Part shown: positions 1-8,976 of the stretch, piece after piece | Layout of the letters: each line of letters starts with the position of its first letter | How positions within the stretch are numbered: the first letter of the stretch is position 1 | Assembly (NCBI GenBank): GCA_046759445.1 | Contig: JBHICG010000045.1 | Span: 1 to 27,734 of the forward strand | DNA from: Candidatus Scalinduaceae bacterium | Lineage (GTDB): Bacteria; Planctomycetota; Brocadiia; Brocadiales; Scalinduaceae | Length of the DNA stretch: 27,734 nt | Direction of reading: 5' to 3' | The notes under the pieces: generated by a model | What the model was told of the DNA's origin: nothing | The model's input: the letters and a program-made list of their open reading frames with translations, nothing else | Databases searched by the model: none | Translations under genes and position numbers: made by a program

Positions 1-528
1 TCCAATCTGGGCAAACATGGCTGAGAGGCTTGCCCCCAGTCCAAATCCGACAAGCATATGTACAGCCTCCGGGTTGGACGGTCCTACTCCAAATAGAATA
101 TATAGTGAGCATATCCCTAACAGGATGAGACTTACAACCGAAAACCCCATGATTGCGCCTCCTCGAAAGGCCAAAACCAGGGCTCTTCCAGGGGAGGTAC
201 GCGCAGCATTTGCCGTTCGAACATTTGCTATCACTGCACCACTCATACCTGTTATTATTGCTATTATTGAAAAGAGAGCTCCCAGAAAAAAACCGAATGC
301 TATTTCCCAACCTAGAATAAAGAAGAAAACTATTGCAAAAGGAATTATGACATAAAAAATTGTACTAACTTCCCTCTTCAAAAAGGCATATGCTCCCTCT
401 TGAATATAACCTGCTATTTCCTTCATTCGGGGAGTTCCGGCACTTTCCCTGGTGATCCACCAAAAGAGCCAGACAATAATGGGCACTCCAACAAATCCGC
501 CAATAAGAGGAATCAGTATTGAATTCAT
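1..528 (-). CDS. hppA: Membrane-bound Na+/H+-translocating pyrophosphatase, N-terminal part (runs off window)
   Basis: Manual translation from ATG at 528: MNSILIPLIGGFVGVPIIVWLFWWITRESAGTPRMKEIAGYIQEGAYAFLKRE...ANVRTANAAR...GASLSAMFAQIG. These are hallmark H+-PPase motifs. Not in the ORF track because the frame is open-ended. Confidence 0.93.
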   Translation of the reverse strand, partial: MNSILIPLIGGFVGVPIIVWLFWWITRESAGTPRMKEIAGYIQEGAYAFLKREVSTIFYVIIPFAIVFFFILGWEIAFGFFLGALFSIIAIITGMSGAVIANVRTANAARTSPGRALVLAFRGGAIMGFSVVSLILLGICSLYILFGVGPSNPEAVHMLVGFGLGASLSAMFAQIG

Positions 529-670
529 TTTTAAATAGAAATTAATGTTTTAAATTGTACATCTCACACTTATAGATTTAGAATTTAAATGAGTTTCGAT
601 CTTTATAGATTATTGCATCTCAATTTTACCGTCATTATATAGGAAAGGTGAGGTGATAGGAAATTTTTTT

Positions 671-828
671 TTTACCCCGTAGGAATACTCAGTGCGCCCG
701 TCCCCGCCAGAACAGCCTTGTCGGGCTGGCAACCGGCACGGGAGGGGAAGCACGGGTCTGATAAATTAGATAACTTCCGCTTTTTCGCACGTGTTTTAAT
801 GCGTCATGTGAAATTCCAACGGAGTTTA
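671..828. repeat. REP/MITE-like element (ends TTTACCCCGTAGG...GAAATTCCAACGGAGTTTA) with a ~114 bp internal insertion
   Basis: The ends are imperfect inverted repeats and match the reverse complement of the compact copy at 13803-13847. Confidence 0.7.
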
Positions 829-845
829 CTTTAAAGGTTGGTATA

Positions 846-1309
846 TTAAACATCTCCTGCTTTTGCGAGGGAGTAACGCGTTGCTATGGGGCCTAGGATT
901 TCATAAACAACTGTTGTTGCGACAATCGTGTTAAATATGGCGCCTCCAATATCGGGCAGATTCACCTTTGCTAACATGGCAAGCCCAAGTGCTACTCCGG
1001 CTTGAGGCATAAGTGCTAGCCCCATGTATTTTTTTATGTTCTTCTCAGTTCCAGCAATTATCCCTCCCACATAAGCGCCTCCCATTTTACTACAACCCTT
1101 AGGGTAATATAAACTGAACCGATGAGACCCAGAGGAAGGCATACCTTCATGATGTCCTCAGAATTTACAACTCCCAGAACATTTTTCTTTTCATCTATGA
1201 CTGGCAGGGTGTGAAAATTATGTTTACGTAATTTGGCTATAAGCTTGACCAGGGTCTCATCCCTGGTTACGGTTATTACATCTCTGCTCATTACGTCTTT
1301 TACTATCAT
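846..1309 (-). pseudogene. Chimeric remnant: N-terminal CBS domain fused to the C-terminal fragment of a cation/H+ antiporter, with a frameshift
   Basis: 1309-~1134 encodes a CBS repeat (MIVKDVMSRDVITV...LPVIDEKKNVLGVV). It continues into LGLIGSVYITLRVV, and in another frame into KMGGAYVGG...GLALMPQAGVALGLA...YEILGPIATRYSL (antiporter C-terminus). A single missing G near 1090 explains the shift. Confidence 0.8.
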
Positions 1310-1424
1310 TATTATCTTTCCTCAGAAACATTATTGCTAAGATAGGATTAAAATTTTTCGTTAAATATATAGAATTATGAGATTATGGCAAGTCTTAACT
1401 TTTTATAAACTTACACTATTTTGC

Positions 1425-1453
1425 TTGCTCAAACCATTTGACATTAATAGAAT
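1425..1453 (+). promoter_or_regulatory. Putative sigma70 promoter of purD
   Basis: TTGCTC-N17-TAGAAT, 35 nt upstream of the purD ATG. Confidence 0.5.
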
Positions 1454-1487
1454 AGGTTTTTTTATAACGTAAATATACTAATTTAAA

Positions 1488-2756
1488 ATGAAGGCATTGG
1501 TAATTGGCAGTGGTGGAAGAGAGCACAGCCTTGTTTGGAAGATAGCTCAATCTCCACAGGTAAATAAGATATTTTGTGCACCCGGGAATCCGGGTATTTC
1601 AGAAATGGCGGAATGTATAGATATAGCTCCAGAGCAAACAGATTTACTTTGTGAATTTGCCGTTAAAGAAGGCATAGACCTTACCGTTGTAGGCCCGGAA
1701 GCGCCATTAGCAAACGGGATTGTTGATGATTTTAGCAAACATAATCTAAATGTCTTTGGGCCCAGCAAAAGAGCGGCATTTTTGGAAACCAGCAAGGTCT
1801 TTGCAAAATATCTTATGAGGAAACACAGCATACCCACGTCAGATTTTAGATATTTTGATAACCATGACGAGGCTAGAAGTTTCATTCTCTCAAAAGGAGC
1901 GCCAATAGTCGTAAAGGCAGATGGGTTAAGCAAAGGCAAGGGGGTATTTGTTTGTAATACTGAAAATGATGCTATACGGGCAATAGATTCCATAATGAAG
2001 GACAAGGCATTTGGAAATGCCGGCGATAAGGTAATAATTGAAGAATATCTTAAAGGAGAAGAGGTTACGCTTCTGGCATTTACGGATGGGAAGACTATCG
2101 TTTCCCTGGAAAGTTCCCAGGACCACAAAACGATTTATGACGGTGATAAAGGACCGAATACGGGAGGTATGGGCGCTTACTCACCTGTACCCCTAATGAC
2201 GACCGATTTATATCATCGTGTAGAAAAAGAAATACTGGTGCCAGTAGTTCATGCCATGAATAAAGAAGGAAGACCTTATAAAGGTGTTCTTTATGTTGGT
2301 TTGATGATTACGTCCTCAGGGCCCAAGGTGTTGGAATTCAATGCCCGCTTCGGAGATCCAGAGGCACAGGTATTACTCGTTCGTATGAAAAGTGATATAG
2401 TGTCAATTATGATGTCTACAGTTTCCGGGGAATTGAATACTATCGATTTAGAATGGCTCCCGCAGGCATCAGTATGCGTTGTGATTGCTTCGGGCGGTTA
2501 CCCCGGTCATTACTCCAAAGGAATGGAAATTAAAGGATTGGATTTATTAAAAAATCGAGATGACATACACGTTTTTCATGCTGGCACTAAACTTGAGAAT
2601 GGAAAGATATTAACTGATGGCGGTCGTGTGCTAAATGTCGTCGCCATTGGAGACAGTATTAAGGAAGCACAAAGGAAGGCGTATGAGGCCGTTAGCAAGA
2701 TATCGTTTGAAGGTGCTTATTGCCGTAAGGATATTGCCTATAAGGCAATAGAATAA
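1488..2756 (+). CDS. purD: Phosphoribosylamine--glycine ligase
   Basis: GSGGREH, APGNPG, VVKADGL.KGKGV, GPNTGGMGAYSP, EFNARFGDPE and FHAGT motifs; 422 aa. Confidence 0.98.
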   Translation: MKALVIGSGGREHSLVWKIAQSPQVNKIFCAPGNPGISEMAECIDIAPEQTDLLCEFAVKEGIDLTVVGPEAPLANGIVDDFSKHNLNVFGPSKRAAFLETSKVFAKYLMRKHSIPTSDFRYFDNHDEARSFILSKGAPIVVKADGLSKGKGVFVCNTENDAIRAIDSIMKDKAFGNAGDKVIIEEYLKGEEVTLLAFTDGKTIVSLESSQDHKTIYDGDKGPNTGGMGAYSPVPLMTTDLYHRVEKEILVPVVHAMNKEGRPYKGVLYVGLMITSSGPKVLEFNARFGDPEAQVLLVRMKSDIVSIMMSTVSGELNTIDLEWLPQASVCVVIASGGYPGHYSKGMEIKGLDLLKNRDDIHVFHAGTKLENGKILTDGGRVLNVVAIGDSIKEAQRKAYEAVSKISFEGAYCRKDIAYKAIE

Positions 2757-2880
2757 TTTTTCATTTTTTGTTCGTTTTATAAATGGGAACTCGCATAATA
2801 AGCTTTCGCAAAATAGAATGCATATCTTTTTCTATCATTATGCAACTCCTGTACATGGGATAATTGTACAAGACTTTTAA

Positions 2881-3672
2881 GTGTGTATAAACGCGAGGAA
2901 TAAAGAGATTAGAATAAAACACACCAAAATCCCTATCAAAGACATAGCAAAGAAACTAAGTAAAGGTGTAAAGTCTGTTTCAGAAGACATAAAGGGAAGA
3001 ATTCCTCTTTATGTCGAATTTTTAAAATCCCTTGCCAGCATAGGTAAGAATGTATCACTCGACCCAGATAGGGGGCTTATAAAAATCAAGGAAGATTTTA
3101 TCAACGATTACCTAAAGGATGAATCTGTCGAAGATAAAGGTTTGAAGTCAATCAAAATTTCCTGCAAAGATAGAAATGCATCTTTCTTTATAGAGTTGGA
3201 AAAGCTCCTTTTTGGAGGCATAATCGAGATCCCATTTACGGTTGAATGTTTTGAATTCAGCAAGGAAGAGAGGACAATTACCTTTAAATTCGGTGATAAA
3301 AAAATAAACAAAGCAAGGAATTATTATTCACAGATTATGTTCTGGTTTATGTTGTCAATACTCAGTATATTTTATGGAAAGGAGACGTTGTTAAAGAGCA
3401 GCCTTCTTTATCCAAATTCACTCATCGTTAATACTGATGGCACATATACGATAGACCTTAACTTAATCCCTGCACTTGAAGAAATTTTTAATAAAGATAT
3501 GGTTAATATAAAATACTGGGACTTGATCTCAATGGACAAATTGTCGTTTGAAGAAGGCATGGTAATACTCAGACTTTCGCATAAACTCGCAACAATAACA
3601 AAGATATCAATCGGGGTCTTAGAAATTTTACCTGCTGGTCGATTAATCAGACCTTTGATCAATAGGTTTTAA
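2881..3672 (+). CDS. Hypothetical protein (263 aa) with one hydrophobic segment
   Basis: Long ORF with the same A-rich codon style as its neighbours. No recognised motif; the GTG start is uncertain. Confidence 0.7.
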   Translation: MCINARNKEIRIKHTKIPIKDIAKKLSKGVKSVSEDIKGRIPLYVEFLKSLASIGKNVSLDPDRGLIKIKEDFINDYLKDESVEDKGLKSIKISCKDRNASFFIELEKLLFGGIIEIPFTVECFEFSKEERTITFKFGDKKINKARNYYSQIMFWFMLSILSIFYGKETLLKSSLLYPNSLIVNTDGTYTIDLNLIPALEEIFNKDMVNIKYWDLISMDKLSFEEGMVILRLSHKLATITKISIGVLEILPAGRLIRPLINRF

Positions 3673-3861
3673 GGCTACGGCCGGGTTTGACATCCTAATC
3701 GATATCTCAGCTTTCCTGATACAATGAATATTGTACATTCCATTTGCCAGAAACAAAATAACCATAAACAAGATATTTTTGTTTCAATTAGTTTCTGTTG
3801 TGGAAAACAAATTAGTATTTCAAAATAACGAAACCTAAATAACAGAAAGACGCATAATCGG

Positions 3862-4890
3862 GTGAAGGCGGTTGTCAAAACTAAATGTACCAGGGGTATG
3901 GAATTTCTGAATGTCCCTACTCCGAAAACAGGATCAAGAGACGTACTCATAAAAGTCAAGCTGGCTTCGATCTGTGGCACCGATGTGCACATATACGACT
4001 GGACACGCTGGGCTCAACACCGTATTACCCCACCCTGCATTGTAGGTCATGAGTTTGTTGGAAATGTGGTAAAGATCGGGGATGAAGTGACAAAAGTAAA
4101 AGTGGGAGACTGTGTTTCTGCCGAAAGTCATATTTTCTGCGGGCACTGCTATCAATGTCAAAACGGATATACCGAGGTGTGCAGAAACTGTAAATTGTTA
4201 GGAGTGGACTTTGATGGCACCCTGGCTGAATTCATCGTCTTACCCGAACATGTTCTGTGGAAAAACGATCCAAACATCGCGGACGAATGGGCCACTGTCC
4301 AGGAACCCTTTGGAAATGCCATTGATACAGTCATGTCGGAAGATGTCTCTGCAAAGACGGTCTTGATCCTCGGTGCAGGCCCTATCGGGCTTTTCGCTAC
4401 AGGTATTACCAGGGCTTGCGGCGCTTCATTGGTCATCGTCTCAGATCCAAATAATTATCGATTGGCTATTAGCAAAAAGATGGGCGCCCACATAGCCCTT
4501 AATCCCAGGAGACAAGATGTAACTCAACTAGTCCTTGAAGCCACAAAAAATAATGGCGTTGACGTTGTCCTGGAATTTTCTGGTAGTAACCAGGCGCTGA
4601 ACCACGGCCTAAAGGTCGTCACTCCGGGTGGTAGAATCTCCATTCTGGGAATTTATGAGAGACGTGTCACTATCGACCTGAACAAGGAGGTCATCTTCAA
4701 GAAAATCCGTATTTATGGTGTAACAGGACGCAAGATATTTTCCACATGGTACAAGACTTCGCATTTCTTATCCTCTGATCTCGTTGATCCAGGCCCAATC
4801 ATCACACATCAGTTTTCATTAAAGGACTATGAAAAAGGCATGAAACTCATGAAGGACGGAAAGTGTGGAAAGGTTATTTTAAAAGTTTAG
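3862..4890 (+). CDS. tdh: L-threonine 3-dehydrogenase
   Basis: SICGTDVHIY, GHEFVG, CGHCYQC...C zinc site, GAGPIG, GVTGR; adjacent to kbl. Confidence 0.95.
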   Translation: MKAVVKTKCTRGMEFLNVPTPKTGSRDVLIKVKLASICGTDVHIYDWTRWAQHRITPPCIVGHEFVGNVVKIGDEVTKVKVGDCVSAESHIFCGHCYQCQNGYTEVCRNCKLLGVDFDGTLAEFIVLPEHVLWKNDPNIADEWATVQEPFGNAIDTVMSEDVSAKTVLILGAGPIGLFATGITRACGASLVIVSDPNNYRLAISKKMGAHIALNPRRQDVTQLVLEATKNNGVDVVLEFSGSNQALNHGLKVVTPGGRISILGIYERRVTIDLNKEVIFKKIRIYGVTGRKIFSTWYKTSHFLSSDLVDPGPIITHQFSLKDYEKGMKLMKDGKCGKVILKV

Positions 4891-4896
4891 ATTTGT

Positions 4897-4962
4897 TGTC
4901 ATTCTGAAGGAGCCCCCACTTCTTGCTTTCGCAAGAAAGCAGTGGGGGCGACTGAAGAATCT
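4897..4962. repeat. REP-like element TGTCATTCTGAAGG...CGACTGAAGAATCT with internal GC-rich hairpin
   Basis: The internal stem GCCCCCACT...AGTGGGGGC encloses TTCTTGC-TTTC-GCAAGAA. A related inverted motif is at 7697-7726. Confidence 0.65.
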
Positions 4963-5044
4963 TGCTCGGGACAGGTGTATCGCGAAAATCTTGCTTTTGA
5001 TGCCTTAGGATAAATTCCGTAAATCTAATTAAGGGAAAAATACA

Positions 5045-6220
5045 ATGAACAAACTAAATTTTATCACCGAAGAACTAGAAAGACTTGAGGAAACAGGGCT
5101 ATTAATACATACTCGTACAATTCAAGGACCACAGGGTGCATGGATTGTTGTGGATGGAAAAAAGGTACTTAATCTCTGTTCCAACAATTATCTGGGATTT
5201 GCCGATAATCCTCAACTTAAATCAGCCTCTCAAAAGGCCATTGAAACGTATGGCGTAGGTCCTGCAGCGGTAAGGACTATTGCCGGAACAACGACCCTGC
5301 ACAAAGAGCTGGAACGAAAACTAGCACTCTTTAAGGAAGTTGATAGTACTATATCATTTCAATCTGGATTTTGTGCAAACCTGGCGGTTATACCCGCAAT
5401 CGTTGGAGAAGGAGACGTTATCTTTTCAGATGAACTCAACCATGCAAGTATCATTGATGGATGTCGTCTTTCTAAAGCCAGGGTAGTTAGATATGGACAC
5501 TGTAATCCTGAAGACCTTCAGGCAAAAATTATTTCTGAAAAAGATGCAAGACGCAGGCTTATCATTACCGACGGTGTTTTCAGCATGGAGGGAGACATTG
5601 CGCCATTACCAGAAATCGTAAACATTGCCGAAAAATACGAAGCCATTACAATGGTGGACGATGCACATGGAGAGGGCGTATTGGGACGAGGGGGCAGGGG
5701 TATTGTAGATCACTACAACCTGGACTATAAAGTTGATATCGAGATGGGTACCATGTCAAAGGCATTCGGTGTTGTGGGTGGATATATTGCAGGAAGCAAA
5801 ATATTAACGGATTATCTGGAACAAAAAGGACGTCCTTTCCTCTTTTCAAGCGCCGTAACGGCGGCTGACGTGGCAGCCTGTATCGCTGCGGTGGACACTC
5901 TTAACGCATCAGACACTCTTTTCAGACAGCTCTGGGCAAATACTACATTCTTCCAGGAAAAGATTAAGCAGGTAGGGTTCGATCTTGGTAATACAAAAAC
6001 GCCTATTACGCCTATTATGATAGGTGGCGCTGAGATAGCCAAAGATTTCAGTCAGAGGTTATTTGAGGAGGACATCTTTGCTCAGGCCATTGGTTACCCC
6101 ACGGTGCCAATTGGCAAGGCACGCATACGTGTAATGATTTCGGCCACACACAATGAGGATGACCTTGAATGGGCTATAGAGCGTTTTGAAAAGATCGGAA
6201 AAGACTTGAGAATCCTGTAA
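5045..6220 (+). CDS. kbl: Glycine C-acetyltransferase (2-amino-3-ketobutyrate CoA ligase)
   Basis: [40 protein letters not shown] (PLP Lys); follows tdh. Confidence 0.93.
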   Translation: MNKLNFITEELERLEETGLLIHTRTIQGPQGAWIVVDGKKVLNLCSNNYLGFADNPQLKSASQKAIETYGVGPAAVRTIAGTTTLHKELERKLALFKEVDSTISFQSGFCANLAVIPAIVGEGDVIFSDELNHASIIDGCRLSKARVVRYGHCNPEDLQAKIISEKDARRRLIITDGVFSMEGDIAPLPEIVNIAEKYEAITMVDDAHGEGVLGRGGRGIVDHYNLDYKVDIEMGTMSKAFGVVGGYIAGSKILTDYLEQKGRPFLFSSAVTAADVAACIAAVDTLNASDTLFRQLWANTTFFQEKIKQVGFDLGNTKTPITPIMIGGAEIAKDFSQRLFEEDIFAQAIGYPTVPIGKARIRVMISATHNEDDLEWAIERFEKIGKDLRIL

Positions 6221-6283
6221 CGAAAAATATATTCACAACATACTATAATGTGTTAAAATAAGGAATTCATTTATGAATCTAAA

Positions 6284-6319
6284 TAGTATTTGTTGCGGAA
6301 AGCTTAAGTACCCAAAAAT
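6284..6319 (+). repeat. Truncated left end of the MITE-like element found at 10516-10649
   Basis: TAGTATTTGTTGCGGAAAGCTTAAGTACCCAAAAAT vs TAGCATCTGTTGCGGAAAGCTTAAATACCCAAAAAT (33/36 identical). Confidence 0.75.
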
Positions 6320-6347
6320 TTAAAAAATGGGAAAGGAGTATTGCATT

Positions 6348-7169
6348 ATGAAAAAAACCGTTATCATAATTTCAGTTATTTTGGCAATATTGATAGGGCT
6401 TTATTTTGGCAAGAATATTATAGCCAAGACTTCCGTTTCAGCCGGGGTTAGGGCGATGACGGGTCTTAAGTTAAGTATAAGGAGTATGAATGTTGGGATA
6501 CTTAAAACCTTAATCGGCATCAAGGAGTTGCAGTTGTATAATCCACCAGGGTTCGTAGATGAATTAATGGTGGATATACCAGAAATTTATGTAGATTATA
6601 ACTTGGGAGCTTTTATAAAAGGAAAGGCACACCTTGAGGAGGTTAGAATGAATCTAAAAGAATTCGTAATCGTTAAGAATGAAAAAGGCGAGCTTAATCT
6701 TGATTCATTAAAAGTCGTTGAAGCAAAAGAGGAGGTAGAAGAAGAAAAGGATGTTAGTGAAAAGAGAGAAACGGAAATGCCTGAGCTTCAAATAGACGTA
6801 TTGGAGTTAAAAATAGGCAAGGTTATATATAAAGATTATTCGAAAGGAATTCCACCAAAAGTAAAAGAATTTAACGTAAACATTGATGAGCGGCATGAGA
6901 ATATAAAAAACCCTTACACCTTTGGTAGTTTGATTATATTTAAGGCTCTTAAGAATACTACCATTGCCCGTCTTGCAAATTTTGATATAGGGAAATTACA
7001 AAAGGGGATTACAGGAACAGTTAAGAAGGCAACTGAGAAGGCTCGAGAAACTACAGGCAAGGCTGTAGAAGTCGGAAAGAGTATAGGAGAAAAGGTCAAA
7101 GGTCCAGCTAAAGAGACAACAGAAAAGGCCACGGAGACTATTAAGAAGCTTTTACCATTCGGGAAATAA
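6348..7169 (+). CDS. AsmA-family / membrane-anchored hypothetical protein
   Basis: RBS AAGGAG before ATG 6348 (MKKTVIIIS). N-terminal TM, L.L.NPPGF motif, G.LNL motif and a charged C-terminal helix. Confidence 0.75.
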   Translation: MKKTVIIISVILAILIGLYFGKNIIAKTSVSAGVRAMTGLKLSIRSMNVGILKTLIGIKELQLYNPPGFVDELMVDIPEIYVDYNLGAFIKGKAHLEEVRMNLKEFVIVKNEKGELNLDSLKVVEAKEEVEEEKDVSEKRETEMPELQIDVLELKIGKVIYKDYSKGIPPKVKEFNVNIDERHENIKNPYTFGSLIIFKALKNTTIARLANFDIGKLQKGITGTVKKATEKARETTGKAVEVGKSIGEKVKGPAKETTEKATETIKKLLPFGK

Positions 7170-7225
7170 AACGCTGTAGCTCATTCCTGTACTATGTTTA
7201 AGACAGATATTAATTGAGGAATTAA

Positions 7226-7495
7226 ATGGATTAAAAGAATGTAAAAGGATACACACAGCACCAGAGAAAAATTATAAAGGGTTATTATGAGAATAAGGAC
7301 ATTCGTCTTATACAAAAGTTAGGGGAATTAGTCTCAAATCTGTATCTGGAAACCAGTGAGAAAAAGAGAGAATCCGGATGGAAGAGGATAAAGAAAATGC
7401 TTATTGATTTACAGGTGCTTCCTAATGAGGTTGAATACCTGACTAAGGACAAAAACCTTTCCGTAATTTCAAAAAAATTAGCAGAGATGTTTTAG
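7226..7495 (+). pseudogene. Small conserved hypothetical protein with a premature TAA at codon 3
   Basis: GAGGA RBS, then MD*KNVKGYTQHQRKIIKGYYENKDIRLIQKLGELVSNLYLETSEKKRESGWKRIKKML...KLAEMF*. It resembles a small planctomycete hypothetical family (from recall). Confidence 0.7.
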
Positions 7496-7696
7496 TATAG
7501 AGAAAATCTATCTTGCGGAATTGCCAATGACTAATGTGTTGTATTATCTGTCCCATGGCATTGCCCACGTGGCAAACAAACAGGGAATCTGGTTACTGAC
7601 TTTCGTCAGGACATGTTTTCATAATTCGTGCCTGCCGTTAGCAGAAAGGGTGACTCAGATGGTCATGAGGTTTTCATGTAATAGCTTACAAAATCT

Positions 7697-7726
7697 AGAT
7701 TCTTCGACTCACGCCTCAGAATGATA
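7697..7726. repeat. REP-like half element AGATTCTTCG...CTCAGAATGATA
   Basis: The reverse complement matches both ends of the 4897-4962 element. Confidence 0.55.
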
Positions 7727-7787
7727 TGCAAATAGAGCATTCCAGTTGTTCTGAAAAATAAAAAAGTCAAATATTTTATTTTGAAAT

Positions 7788-8975
7788 TTAAGCCGTCTTA
7801 TCCTTATCAACTATCTCGCCGGGTCCCGTGCTTACTTTTGGCCAAATCTTTCTTCCTGGATAGATGGTTGTATTAATGCCTATATGAACGTCATCCGCAA
7901 TTATAGTTCCGAACTTTATTCTTCCTGTATCAACGAGTTCACCTTTTATAACAGATTTCACATTTTCTTTATCATGTCTTAAATTAGCGACTTTCGTCCC
8001 AGCGCCTAAATTACTATTCTCTCCAATAACACTATCACCAACATAAGAAAGATGAGGAACCTTGGCATTATCCATAATTATGCTATTTTTTATCTCAACC
8101 GCCTGCCCGATAGTACAGCTACTACCGATAGAAGTATTTCCTCTTAAATAACAGTTTGGGCCTATATTGCAATTGTCGCCAATAACTACATTCCCTTTTA
8201 TATATGTTCCAGAAAATATCTCTGTGCCTCTTCCTACTTTTATCTTCCCTTTTATGCTAACATTCTTCTCTACTTTTCCTTTTATGTCAGTTTTTATTTC
8301 AGAAACCAAAACACTGTTAGCCTCAATCAAATCCCATGGATAACCTATGGACAACCAATTTCCTTTTACTTTCTCACATACAACTTTCTCTTTTTTAACA
8401 AGCTCATTTACATAATCAATTATTTCATACTCTCCCCTTTGACTTTTCCTGAGCTTAAACTTAAACACTGCTTTATCAAAAACGTATAGTCCCGTATTGG
8501 CTATATCTGAAACAAACTTTTTAGGTTTTTCAACAACCTTTTTAAGCCCTTTATTCTTCACAACAAAAACACCAAACCTGCCTGGATCATCAACCTCACA
8601 ACCTAATACAGCATATTTATGCCTTAAACATGCCTTTATGTCTTGCTTAGAAAAAATATCATCACCGCCTATAACCATAAATTTATTTTTTATCAATTTT
8701 TCTACTTGCTTAAGTGCATGTCCCGTACCCAACTGTGTTTTTTGTTCTATGTATCTTATTTTTAATTTTCCATGCTTATGGCCTATCTCATTTATTATCA
8801 TTTCTTTCTTGAATCCGACTATTATGATAACTTCATCAACTAAACCACGGAAAGCATCTAAATTATGTTTAAGTATCTCTTTGTTCATTACTTTAAGCAA
8901 TGGTTTAGGTCTGGTTAATGTTAATGGCCATGTCCTTGTGCTCTTTCCAGCGGCCATAATTACGGCTTGTATCAT
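7788..8975 (-). CDS. glmU: Bifunctional sugar-1-phosphate nucleotidylyltransferase/acetyltransferase (archaeal-type GlmU)
   Basis: AVIMAAGKSTRTWPLTLTRPKPLL, GTGHAL, EKP, GYPWDL, hexapeptide LbH domain with HLSYVGDS and GAGT.VANLRHD; coupled to glmM. ATG 8975 is preferred over GTG 8984. Confidence 0.85.
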   Translation of the reverse strand: MIQAVIMAAGKSTRTWPLTLTRPKPLLKVMNKEILKHNLDAFRGLVDEVIIIVGFKKEMIINEIGHKHGKLKIRYIEQKTQLGTGHALKQVEKLIKNKFMVIGGDDIFSKQDIKACLRHKYAVLGCEVDDPGRFGVFVVKNKGLKKVVEKPKKFVSDIANTGLYVFDKAVFKFKLRKSQRGEYEIIDYVNELVKKEKVVCEKVKGNWLSIGYPWDLIEANSVLVSEIKTDIKGKVEKNVSIKGKIKVGRGTEIFSGTYIKGNVVIGDNCNIGPNCYLRGNTSIGSSCTIGQAVEIKNSIIMDNAKVPHLSYVGDSVIGENSNLGAGTKVANLRHDKENVKSVIKGELVDTGRIKFGTIIADDVHIGINTTIYPGRKIWPKVSTGPGEIVDKDKTA

Positions 8976-8976
8976 A

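Noticed and set aside
17..355. 112-aa plus-strand ORF
   Set aside because: Antisense shadow of hppA, which has clear motifs on the minus strand.
7521..7724. 67-aa ORF between the small pseudogene and glmU
   Set aside because: TTG start without RBS, no motif, and it runs into a REP-like repeat.
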